Shown piece after piece: positions 42,150 to 53,202 of a DNA stretch of 64,000 nucleotides. The DNA comes from Octopus vulgaris (Eukaryota). How positions within the stretch are numbered: position 1 is the first letter of the stretch; every line of letters starts with the position of its first letter. The stretch covers positions 67,208,001 to 67,272,000 of the forward strand of contig OX597818.1 in NCBI GenBank assembly GCA_951406725.2, written 5' to 3'. The notes under the pieces were generated by a model. The model was not told the origin of the DNA and ran no database searches. It was given only the letters and a program-made list of their open reading frames with translations. The position numbers and the translations under genes were made by a program.

Positions 42150-43940
42150 TCGTAGTACGAACAGCATCATAGGCGTTTTGAAATACTTTCCTATTTCCTT
42201 TCTTTGTAGGTAGAAGCTGTCGGTTTTACTTATAGAATGGCACGTGTTGTGCACTGTGAATAGCCTTTGAGTTATTCTATCAGGTTCTGTAGTTCGGCAT
42301 TCGTCTGTTTCCAGAAAGAGAGCAGAACATCTCAGTACCGGCATAGCCTATGTATTTAAGGCTTTAATGATGTTCCTTCAATTTAATTTTGTTTGAAGCG
42401 CCTCCCAAATTCTCTTTTATTATTTGAATATTTTTTTCTCTGATTGTCCTTCTGTCATTCTATCGCCTGGCAGTATTTCTCTCCCTCAGTCTTGCAAAGT
42501 TATCTAATGATGTACACTTTTGGTAATTTTGTGTCATCAGAGCCTATCTTTCAGCCTCTCTACATAATGTTCACTGCGCACTTATTTACCCCCGACTACA
42601 TTGCAATATGTTTACTAAATACCCTTACAGTTTGGATCAAAGGTCCCTGTTTTTCTCATTCTGTTGTATATCGTTTGAGATCATCCATACAAAGCAGGTG
42701 GCCTATTTTCACTCTGGATTTGTTAACTTTTTAAGTAGGCATGTAATTTTTTAGTATATTTGTCAGAGGGATTTATGCAATGACGAAGTATATTTGAGAG
42801 GGCGAATCTTCCCAGAAAATGCCCTTTTGTATTTTCGTATTTCCAGCCATTCATTCACAAATGTCAGTTCTGCTTTTCACACTCACATTGCTTTTTGCAA
42901 ATATTTCTTTGTCTGTTGATACTGACCGTCCCCAGGCACTGCGAGAATCACTGTTAGGAATATTGTCGTAAGCCTACCTGTAATCAGTGCCACCAACAGC
43001 TAAATCATTCATCCTGACCAGTACCACCCTTATTACCTTAGAATCTATTTTATATAGCAGAACAGCATTCTCCCATGACTGCTTTCTGCATCTGTTTTGA
43101 TTCTCTCAAAACAAATTCTCCTTTTCTCTAGAAATGTACATGATACATCTAATTTGAGACCAGATATTGTCTAGAGTAACGATAAACATGCAATAGGTCT
43201 AGGGTCATTGGCTTAAATAAGCTTTTCTTTCTTCTTCTGTATAAACGCTGTCTTATTGTATCCAAGGCGGAGCTCCATTTTCTATACAGTCGATGTGAAA
43301 CGGTGGTATATTATTAGCTCTGTATGCTTGGGAAGTTTGGGTGGCCAGAATCCATAGACCCATCTGGTATATTGTATTTTCTTACTGTTTCAGCATTTTA
43401 CATATCATTCTCTCAGACTACCCTTCATTGTTTAGTTGTTTATTGAATTCTCTTTCGTTAAAAACCCTATTCAATAATTACTGGTTTGTTTCCTGTTTTT
43501 CACCCGACACTACATCAATTTTTGTCTTAATTCTTCATCAGCTGCCTGTAGTCCGCTGTGTTTTCTGTCGTACTTTTCTTGCTGTTCGTTCCGGTATCTT
43601 TTTTCACCCTCATCTTTTCTATGATGGCACCTATCCGTCCAAGAACTTTCTTGGGCAAGTGAATGTGGCACTCAAATTGTCGGTACTTGCAGGTGACTTG
43701 GTCGTTTGTTTCCTTTTGACCTTAACCTCAAGAATTTGTAACACGACAGCAAATACGTTGTATGCCAAATCGTTTAAATCTGTTATATTTCAAGGTACAT
43801 TATCCTTAATAAATCCTTCAAGTTCTCACTAATTTAGTTAATCTTCTTCGCTCGGTTCCTCTCAGAGCTGGTAGTCTAATCTTTCACTCTTTGAGGCGTT
43901 ATAGTAAACTCCTTTCTTCATCTTAACGGTCATTCTTCCC
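42150..43940 (-). pseudogene. Degenerate non-LTR retrotransposon RT, R4/Dong-like clade
   Basis: Broken motifs RPIACL, DYR*AYDNIPNS (cf. DYKKAYDSVPHS), KGIFWEDSPS (cf. RGIFQGDSLS), KIGHLLCMDDLKRY and LIQTVRVFSKHIAM..NKCA. Confidence 0.75.
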
Positions 43941-44427
43941 ACGCAATAAAATTTGCATTCGTCTGACTAGCAGTTTCTTTCGTAAGGTTTACGAAACAGC
44001 TTTTATTTTGCTTCCATTTCTTGATTTGAAAATTTGGCTTCATGAATTGGCTTGTATTTGTATTTATCTAAATTTTACAATAATGAGATGTAAGGGAACT
44101 GAATCCAGAGTTTATCTGGATGCACGAAAGTTTTAATTTTAGCCATTGCTTTCAGATCCAACCATGCAGAAACGTTCTACTTAGCGAGTGGATACTTTAA
44201 CATTCTAAAAATATTAATAGAATAGCATTCTAGAGATAGCTGTTTAATCGACATGTGTTTAATTAACACATTATTTTAAGAATTCTTAACGTAAAGAAGA
44301 GGAAGTAGATCGCAGTAGATTATTTCAAGTGCACTAATTTAAATATTATTTTCGAAGATATTGCCTTTTTAAATAGCAAGCAAATCAATAAACAATCTCC
44401 CACTTGCTTTCATGTTCTCTCTCTCGC

Positions 44428-44468
<41 letters not shown>

Positions 44469-44517
44469 AAACAAGTCAAAAATAGAAAATGCTAAAATAA
44501 TTTTATAGTGAACATTT

Positions 44518-44555
44518 CAGTACCGGTTTCGGTCATTTTGAGACCTTTTCAACTG
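44518..44555 (-). ncRNA. Minimal hammerhead motif, U3-A8 variant
   Basis: CAG-TTGAAAA-GGTC(TCAAAAT)GACC-GAAA-CCGG-TA-CTG. Confidence 0.65.
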
Positions 44556-44904
44556 TAACGATTAAATAATTAAATTTAGGAAAATTAGAAGAAAAGTTTT
44601 TTTAAAAGAATATTTCTATAATAGTGTTCAGATTTAAGTGGCATTCTGCCTTTCTCTGACTCCCTTGTTTGCACTTGTGTGTCGGAGGTCGTTGTGAGTT
44701 CTTGGAAGGGTAGTAGAGGAAGAAGGCTGGTGGGGAAAGGGGGATGGGAGAATCTGGGAGTGCCCTGATGGTCGTATTTTGAATGGTCAGTGGCGGCTGG
44801 CAGTCTCAGTTCAATTCAGGAGAATATTTATATTGACAGGCTTGTTTATAGAATTAGCGTAGGTGTTATACTAAAAAACATTAGTGACAAAGTTAAGGGG
44901 TGGG

Positions 44905-45172
44905 GGTGGAGAAGTAGAAGAAGAAGAAGAAGAAGAAGAAGAAGAAGAAGAAGGAGAAGGAGAAGATGACGATGATGGTGGTGGTGGTGATGATTATGAC
45001 GACGATGATGATGATAATGATGATGATGAAGAAGAAGAAGAAGAAGAAGAAGAAGAAGAAGAAGAAGGAGGAGAAGGAGAAGATGGTGGTGATGATGGTG
45101 GTGATGATGATGACGACGATGATGATGATAATGATGATGATGAAGAAGAAGAGGAAGAAGAAGAAGAAGAAA
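44905..45172. repeat. Duplicated compound (GAA)n/(GGT)n/(GAT)n microsatellite in the PLE-P2 3' UTR
   Basis: The block (GAA)n-GGAGAAGGAGAAGAT-GAT/GGT-GATAATGATGATGAT-(GAA)n occurs twice. Confidence 0.85.
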
Positions 45173-45301
45173 AAAACAGAGAAGGGGGAATATGAATGGG
45201 TGTAAGTATAGCTATGAAGGGGCTGATTAGTAATGGATTCTATGGAGTGTAATATTTGTGTGTGTATATATATTTTTCTTTTATTCTAAAGTTGAGGTAT
45301 A

Positions 45302-46042
45302 TTAATTGCTTGTCGTAGACCAGTTTAGAAGTGGCTTGTATTTTGTAATAAAGAGATTTTCTTTACTTATTCGTTGTCTCGAGGTTGTATCGTCCCTAAA
45401 TTGGTAGAGGGGGAAAATTCTGAAGTTTGGTGTTATTTTGTTGGCGCAAGTATCTATGTGTTGGCTAAAAGCTATTTTTCTGTTTTGGGGAATTTTTATC
45501 TGGGATCTGTGCAGGGCCATTCGTTTACGCAAACCATTTTTTGTTTGGCCTATGTACTGCTCTTGACACCCGGAGCAGGTTAGTGAGTATATTAGGTTCT
45601 CCGAAGCACATGTGAAGTTGCTTTTCACTGTAAACCGTTGTCCCTGCTTGAAGGAGAACTCTGATCCCTCAATTAGATAGTCGCATATCCCGCAATTGGG
45701 TCTTCCACATTTTTTTACTGTCGGCTTCTGTGTTGAGGAGTGAATTCGGGCTTGTGTAAGGATACTTTTCATGGATCTAGGCTGGCTTTTGCTTTTTATG
45801 ATCGTGTGTGTTTGGAGGATTGTGTTCATTCTGTGGTCTTTTTTTAGGAGGGGTATGTTGTGGAGGATGGTGTCGAAGGCTTCGTTATTGAGAGGGTTGT
45901 GTGTGGAGATGTATGGTAAGGCTTTTGGTTGTAAGTTTTTCTTTGATTTGGGATGTCTCAGTTCCTTGATGTTAAGTTGAAGGGCACGTTGAATGCACTT
46001 GTCAATAAGTGAAGGTGGATAGTTCCTGGTGATTAGGGTATC
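45302..46042 (-). CDS. PLE ORF C-terminal part: RT thumb, zinc-binding linker and GIY-YIG endonuclease (fragment)
   Basis: Stop-free frame LITRNYPPSLID...CGRPNCGIC...FTCASENLIYSLTCSGCQEQYIGQTKNGLRKRMALH...SKENLFITKYKPLLN. Confidence 0.9.
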   Translation of the reverse strand, partial: DTLITRNYPPSLIDKCIQRALQLNIKELRHPKSKKNLQPKALPYISTHNPLNNEAFDTILHNIPLLKKDHRMNTILQTHTIIKSKSQPRSMKSILTQARIHSSTQKPTVKKCGRPNCGICDYLIEGSEFSFKQGQRFTVKSNFTCASENLIYSLTCSGCQEQYIGQTKNGLRKRMALHRSQIKIPQNRKIAFSQHIDTCANKITPNFRIFPLYQFRDDTTSRQRISKENLFITKYKPLLNWSTTSN

Positions 46043-46047
46043 TTTTT

Positions 46048-46355
46048 GCCTCTAGTCCTAGGTTGTGGGGGATATTGGAGTAAAGGTTGACTACATCGAA
46101 GGATACCAGTATGGTGTTTTTGTTTATAGTATTCGGTAGGTGATTGAGCATATCTAAGTCGTCCCTTATATAGCTTTTGACATGTTTGAGGAGTGGTTTT
46201 AACAGGGTGTCTAAAAAGTTACTGAGGCGGTGGATTTCGCATGCGGGACCTGCTATTATGGGTCTCAATTTGAGGTCATTAGGATTAGGGACTTTAATTA
46301 TTTTGTCTGTAGCTATCTTGCATGCGTTGCTTATTTTTTCACTTTTGTGGATCTT

Positions 46356-46359
<4 letters not shown>
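46048..46359 (-). pseudogene. PLE RT N-terminal motifs fragment
   Basis: PKIHK...LKLRPIIAGPACEIHRLSNFLDTLLKP...SFDVVNLYSNIPHNLGLEA; no YxDD region follows. Confidence 0.9.
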
Positions 46360-46427
<68 letters not shown>

Positions 46428-46547
46428 ATCCAGGTTTCTCGTAGCACTAGGCCACTTGGTGTGGAATAAATATACTATTAAATTAGTATCTAATTCTCTC
46501 ACCCTTATTAATTAATTATATATATATATATATACTTATATATATAA

Positions 46548-46583
<36 letters not shown>

Positions 46584-47843
46584 TACATATATAAATAAGA
46601 GTAATAACCACCAAGGCTGATTCCTAACATGCTAGAAGAAGACGCCAAATCGCCTTACCACGCCTTATTCTCAAAACTTTTAGCAGATGCCTGAATTTTT
46701 GAGAACATATTCTTCGTGGTAAGGCGATTTGGAGTCTTCTTGTAGCATATAAGAAATGCACCTTTTGTGCTATCCCTTTTATTTCTATATATAATATAAT
46801 TTATAGTCTTCGGACATTTTGAAGTATGATAGGCCACTGATTTAAATTGATATTATTCGCTAATATTAAGTTCTGCCCTCATTATTTAATTTATATATGC
46901 ATATGTGTGTGTGTGTGTGTGGGGGGGGTTGTACGCGTGGAGTTTGTGAGTGTGTGTCTGACATTGTAAAATATTAGCAGAGAAAGCATTGAAAACTCGC
47001 TAAAAGATAGACATAAGGTAAACTATTTGAAAAGTATGGATGCGCATGAGTGTATTGTGAGGGAGGGAGTCGTGTGTTTTTTCGAGTGTTTGTTTTTGTG
47101 TACTTCTTCCTGAAAAAATGATCCCCACAAAGAACAAACTATTCTTCATTTCAATAACTTATGAGTGATTTATCAATCCTTTGGGAAACGCTTAAGAATG
47201 AATCCTTACCCCTTTTCACAAATAGTAATAACCTTAGTCCTGTTAAAGTACTCATCTACCAGATCCTCTACGCAAACCTCAACCTGGTCGTCATTACCTT
47301 ACCACGCCTTCTACACCATTTCTCCTCATTCCGACGCCAGAGATTATTGTTCGTTTCTTTAATCTTCTATATATTATATATTCGAGCATCTGCGGCCCTC
47401 TCTCTTAATGGTAACCCTGAGGCAAATAATCCTATCGTTTTTTCATGGATTTACTATTGGTGATACACGTGATCAAGTGCTAATGTAATTCCATACATTC
47501 GGTTGCTCGTCAGGTACATTCTCATGCATAAATCCCCATTGACATTATAAATATCTACGAACTGGAATCGGGTGATGGACCCTTTGGACGATAACAGCTT
47601 CTAGCAGCTTTGTCGAGTCACATTTTCATATGAACTAATATTTTTCTATCTTTTGTTATGTTACTATCCAGATATTTGACCGAAACAAGTCGGCCCGGAT
47701 CTGGAATTGGTGCCTACAAAAAATAAATATGCAAAACAGGATTTCCTCCCACACAACAATTCAATTGCGAGAGTAAAATCACGTCTCCCAAATAATTACC
47801 GCTTTAGGCTTTCCAGTGACGAACTAAAGAACAACCTTTGAAT

Positions 47844-48094
47844 TAAAGTGATAGCATGTTGCCAACTTAATGTGACAGTCCCATGAAAGGGAAGAATGGT
47901 ACTGTTATTTAGCCCTAGGAAACACCGTTTCCTGTTGGACTTGACACGTTTCCTGTGTCCTTATGTTTTCAAAGTGGAGACAAGCACTTCCACCCAGCAA
48001 AATGGTGTTTCCTAGGGCTAACTAACACAAGCATTCTTCCCTTTTATGGTTTTATGGGACTGTCACATTAAGTTGATAACATACTATTACTTTA
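47844..48094. mobile_element. Foldback MITE with about 90-100 bp inverted arms
   Basis: CAACTTAATGTGACAGTCCCAT / ATGGGACTGTCACATTAAGTTG and TTAGCCCTAGGAAACACC / GGTGTTTCCTAGGGCTAA. Confidence 0.8.
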
Positions 48095-48363
48095 TCGTGC
48101 TGCTACGACATAAATCTCTCTGAGAGATTTAGAAATTTATTATTTCAACATTTGAATTGTTTTCACTAAAACTACAGTGAGTTTATATCTGGCTTTCTTA
48201 TACATGTGACACGATATCCAGATTAACTACGAAGTTCCGGTTCCTCTTTCATACAGATTCCTGAATCCGGTAATAATCTTTCTTCTAATGGAATCGGCTA
48301 TCGTCAGATAATCAGATTTATATACTTATCCTGTCTGGATGTAAGAGTATGAAAGTACTATAA

Positions 48364-48427
48364 TGGCGTAGTGGTTAAGAGCGCGGGCTACCAACTCCAA
48401 GATTCCGAGTTCGATTCCAAGGAATGA

Positions 48428-48514
<87 letters not shown>

Positions 48515-48603
48515 TAATAATAATAATAACAACAACAATAATAATAATAATAATAATAATAATTATAATAATAATAACAACAACAACAACAGCAATAATA
48601 ATG

Positions 48604-48696
<93 letters not shown>

Positions 48697-48842
48697 TCGA
48701 AAAATACCTTAGAAATGTGAACCCAGGTTCGAAATTTCCCCAAGACACCTGATGAAGGCTGGAGAGTATATCAGTCAAAACGTTGTGTTGACAAGAAGCA
48801 AGATGAGGACAAATATCCGTCAAATGTAAATAATGTAAATAA
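48364..48842 (+). mobile_element. Solo PLE-P1 pLTR / SINE-like copy
   Basis: A box TGGCGTAGTGG, B box GAGTTCGATTCC, (AAT)n at about 48432-48695, hammerhead at 48744-48789 (GAAA changed to AAAA). Confidence 0.9.
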
Positions 48843-51204
48843 AGCTTTTATTTGTATAAGGACATATATACTTATACATGATTACTGATACTCAATCTAT
48901 GTTCACACTCGGAAACATACGCACTCCACAGTCACACACATGAACTAAAGAAAAATATTGTACAATCGAACGTCTAAATCCGTCCCCCACCCCCACCTTG
49001 TACAACATTTGCTTAGTCATTTATTTTGGTATTCCATTGCTTAAAGCAAACATTAATTCTTTTTTTCAAGGAACCGTCATTGGGACCCACTCGGATTTCA
49101 TATTTTGTTGTGTGCTCTCAGAAATTAAAAATCCAATAAGTGATTTCTTTTACATAGATACAGATATTAAACTTCTAATTACGGAATCCTGATCCCGAGT
49201 TTATTCAATCTAGTGTGAGTGAAAAATATACATGGTGAGAACTTTCGAGTACAAAACACTCAATCTAGAGAGTTTTTTGTCATGTAAACGGGTCCCAATA
49301 ATTGCTGAAAGATGTCACAAGCTCCTCAATTATTGATAAATTCATTAATTTAGATCCTTAGAAGTTTCTAGTTTATATAATTAGAATATATACAAAAGTA
49401 TTCTCCCATATTTTTCGGTAACATCGATTAAATTATGACACTAGATATCGTTTGACTTCTGTTGAAGTCTATTTCACTGCGTTCGAGTTCCGTGGTTTTG
49501 GCGTTTGTTCTTACAAGTGATGTTACCGTTCTACAAATGACAAACAACTTTACTCATGAAACTGGGCGCGAAGATAGGTACGCATATTTTTTTATGGTAT
49601 TATCATGTGTAAAATCTATAGAATGAAATACAAATGATGCAAATTTATTTAAATTCTTAAAACTTACTTGCAAGCATACTTTGACACCAAATCATGGTAA
49701 ATGTAAATTCTGAACGGACTAATTTTTGCATTGTACGACATAGGATTCAACATAACCTGTTGCACTAAATCTACAATATTATCTAACATGAGGTTACCAG
49801 TCTATCAAATCCTTATGTTCTTTGACAACATAACAATTAATTTCATTAGCATAAACAGAAAGGAACTTCTTTGTTGACTGTTATCAATTGTTCCCGATTT
49901 ATGATCGTATTCTCATGGTGACTCGTTTCCTCATCGACTGACAGTGCTTAATTAATTATGCTAGATTCTTCCTTCGCATAAACATGATATAATGAGTCAG
50001 AACGAAGAACATCCAAAGTGCCTCGCAACTGTCTTTGGATTAATTCACTTGTTGCATGATAGATGATATCTCATGTAGCTACTTGACACTGCACCACATT
50101 ACCGACAACGTGAAGTGGATTCGGAATTGTTGTTTGCAAAAAGAGATGGTGCAACATAGCGCCACTTGGAATTTCTTCCTTGACGCCTTATTTTCAATAA
50201 TCGTAGCATCTTATAAACGCTGTTTTTACCTTTTCTCCAAAAGTGCCTACAAAAAATAAATATGGAAAACAGGATTTTTCTCCCACACAACAATTCACTT
50301 GCGAGAGTAAATCCATAATAAAAAAGCACATTGATCCAAGTTGAACGGCTGGAAGGAAATCTCCATTAAACGATGTTTTACCCCATGGTGGTTGAGATAC
50401 ATGTAATAAGAGACAGAGATTTCACCTACTCATAAGATATTCCGGATACCCGACAAGCCAAGTGTGTTCCGGATCATCGTAACCGATGTACGTGTACATG
50501 CTTACTGAAATACATGCACGCATACACCGACATCTTAACATGCAAATTAATTTCCTTCTGACTTTGTTCCTGTTCTGGTTGTATTAAAGTCATTATCCTG
50601 GTGATTTACAAACCTGAACATATTGATTTATCATGTTGTTTGTATGTGATGCTGTATGGTTTATACGAGGTACAATATGATGCCTCTATATTAATACGAT
50701 AACAATACAAATTGGAGAAATTTCAGGAAATTCCACAGCTGCTACTGTTCGGGCCATAAATAATTTATAAACTGCTTTGACTGACGTTTATGTGGAAGCA
50801 GTCATCTGTAGAAGATTTAGAGAATTAAAACCCTCTCTAAACTGACATGCCGCTTAGGTTATGAATAAATTCGATACGAACACATACTCAGCTTTCATAA
50901 ATCGCGACAATCAAGTTGCCTTGCTCCTTCTCTCACCCCTTTCTCTTCTCCCACTATATGTATGTATGTATGTATGTGTGTGTGTATGCATGTATATATA
51001 CATATACATATTATATATATATATGCATGTAGATATATACATATATATGTATATATATACATTTATATATAATATGTATACATTTATATATATAAGCACC
51101 CACAAATGAAGAGTTATACATCCATACATATGTATATCTACCTATCTATATATTTATCTATCATATCTATCTATCTATCTATCTATATTTCTATATCTAT
51201 CTTT

Positions 51205-51240
<36 letters not shown>

Positions 51241-51394
51241 TATAGAGAGAGAGAGAGAAAGGGAGATAGATAGATAGATAGATAGAAAGATAGATAGATA
51301 AATAGACCGATAGATAGATCGATAGATAGATAGATATATAGATAGGCAGATATATAGATAGATATATAGATAGATAGATAGACAGATAGATAGG

Positions 51395-51487
<93 letters not shown>

Positions 51488-51628
51488 TGAATAGCGCAAA
51501 GTAGCAAAGGAAATAGAGAAATAACAAATTTACTAATGTGAACAAAGACGGAATGCGTCTTCAACTTTTGCGGAGGAAGTGAAATTTACCAAGTTCAATA
51601 TATGCGTAAATATAGAGCAACAACAATA

Positions 51629-51698
<70 letters not shown>

Positions 51699-51906
51699 TT
51701 ACTGTATAGCATTATACAGTAAACATTTTAGCGAAACGCCTGTGATAGATTGCTAAGCACTTTTGTGAATAGAAATATAGAAAATATAGAGACAATTGTG
51801 GAGAAGAAGGTGCAGGAAGAAAAGGAGTGAGAGACAGATAGAGACAGAGAAACATAGAGAGAAAGGGAGAGAAATGCGGAAGTAGTGAGGGAATGAAAAT
51901 ATCAAT

Positions 51907-51942
<36 letters not shown>

Positions 51943-51944
<2 letters not shown>

Positions 51945-52017
51945 TTTGATACTTTGATACTTTGATAGGTTTCGGCCACTATTGGCCCAGGCCATGTCTA
52001 ACTTAATAGCACCACCT

Positions 52018-52020
<3 letters not shown>
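51943..52020 (-). mobile_element. 78-bp 3' tail of the 34258-35517 LINE family inside (TA)n
   Basis: Reverse complement ACCAGGTGGTGCTATTAAGTTAGACATGGCCTGGGCCAATAGTGGCCGAAACC(TATCAAAG)3 nearly identical to 35440-35517. Confidence 0.92.
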
Positions 52021-52080
<60 letters not shown>

Positions 52081-52163
52081 ACATATATATGCATTAGACT
52101 GAGCGCCCTCGCGTCGATTCGATTCGTTTTCGTTTCGTTTCATCTCCTCGAAGTAAGTTTTGT

Positions 52164-52323
<160 letters not shown>

Positions 52324-52342
52324 ATGTATATATATATATATG

Positions 52343-52402
<60 letters not shown>

Positions 52403-52431
52403 GTATGTATATATAAATATATATATATATG

Positions 52432-52626
52432 TTTAGGGAATCCAAACAAAGAAGAACAAGAAAAAACAATAACGCGAGGACGTGGTACACGTGCTGTATT
52501 ATCAGACGATCAGTAAAGGAAGGAAAGAGAATTTAGCGTTTCAAGCAAAGCTCTTCGTTAGAACATGAGTAAAGTCCAAAGGAAGGAAAGACGGAGGTAG
52601 AAAATCGCCAACGATACACACGTGGT

Positions 52627-52629
<3 letters not shown>
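52432..52629 (-). mobile_element. Putative PLE-P4 pLTR with degenerate hammerhead
   Basis: Reverse complement TGTAACCACGTGTG...GTT-CTAACGA-AGAGCTTTGCTT-GAAACG; homologous to 57560-57760. Confidence 0.65.
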
Positions 52630-52676
<47 letters not shown>

Positions 52677-52682
<6 letters not shown>

Positions 52683-53152
52683 TAAATTAGAGATAAAACC
52701 ACTATTAGACAAATCATACAATGAAAAACTTAAGCCAATATATATAATTAATTATTTATATTATTAAATATATATCAAAATTATTAAAAAAAGATAATTA
52801 GTATAACACTACGATCGTTTCATGGCTGTCCAATTCTTAAAATTTCGAGTTACAGTCATTCTTCAGGTGATTGAAATATTTAACTTAGCGAGGAATGACT
52901 GTAACTCGAAATTTTAAGAATTGGACAGCCATGAAACGATCGTAGTGTTATACTAATTATCTTTGTTTAATAATTTTGATATATATTTAATAATATAAAT
53001 AATTAATCATATGTATTGGCTTAAGTTTTTCATTGTATGATTTGCCTAATAATGAGTTGCCTAATAATGATTTGCCTAATATTTTACTATAAAATTGGAT
53101 TCAATCCTAAATCTGATTTTTCCCGGTAAGTTTGGATTTATTCCCTAATATT

Positions 53153-53157
<5 letters not shown>
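52677..53157. mobile_element. Putative PLE-P3 inverted pLTR pair (arms 52703-52861 and 52893-53051) in (TA)n
   Basis: Near-perfect palindrome of about 160-bp arms; full hammerhead on the minus strand of the left arm. Confidence 0.85.
52807..52869 (-). ncRNA. Minimal type I hammerhead motif (PLE-P3)
   Basis: CAC-CTGAAGA-ATGACTGT...ACAGCCAT-GAAA-CGATCG-TA-GTG; palindromic ACGATCGT helix III. Confidence 0.75.

Positions 53158-53202
<45 letters not shown>

Larger units (their letters stand above)
44465..46359 (-). mobile_element. Penelope-like element (PLE-P2, Neptune-like), 5'-truncated with the RT core deleted; bounded by (TA)n
   Basis: RT N-terminal motifs PKIHK, LRPIIAG and LVSFDVVNLYSNIP; thumb region, Cys-rich linker and GIY-YIG; 3' UTR with hammerhead. 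Confidence 0.92.
47710..50314. repeat. Pair of about 72-bp direct repeats (47710-47781 and 50242-50314)
   Basis: GTGCCTACAAAAAATAAATATG.AAAACAGGATTT..TCCCACACAACAATTCA.TTGCGAGAGTAAA at both sites. Confidence 0.8.

Noticed and set aside
43341-43832. 163-aa plus-strand ORF
   Set aside because: Antisense shadow of the degenerate R4/Dong-like element
44884-45195. Acidic E/D-rich 103-aa ORF
   Set aside because: Compound triplet repeat antisense to a PLE 3' UTR; no splice or domain support
47050-47620. Possible L1/Tx1-like remnant
   Set aside because: Only vague motif resemblance; cannot be supported without BLASTX
48364-48431. Possible genuine tRNA gene (also 9838-9915, 10575-10635, 61142-61210)
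   Set aside because: The cloverleaf stems are imperfect and each head is fused to a repeat body, so these are retroposon heads
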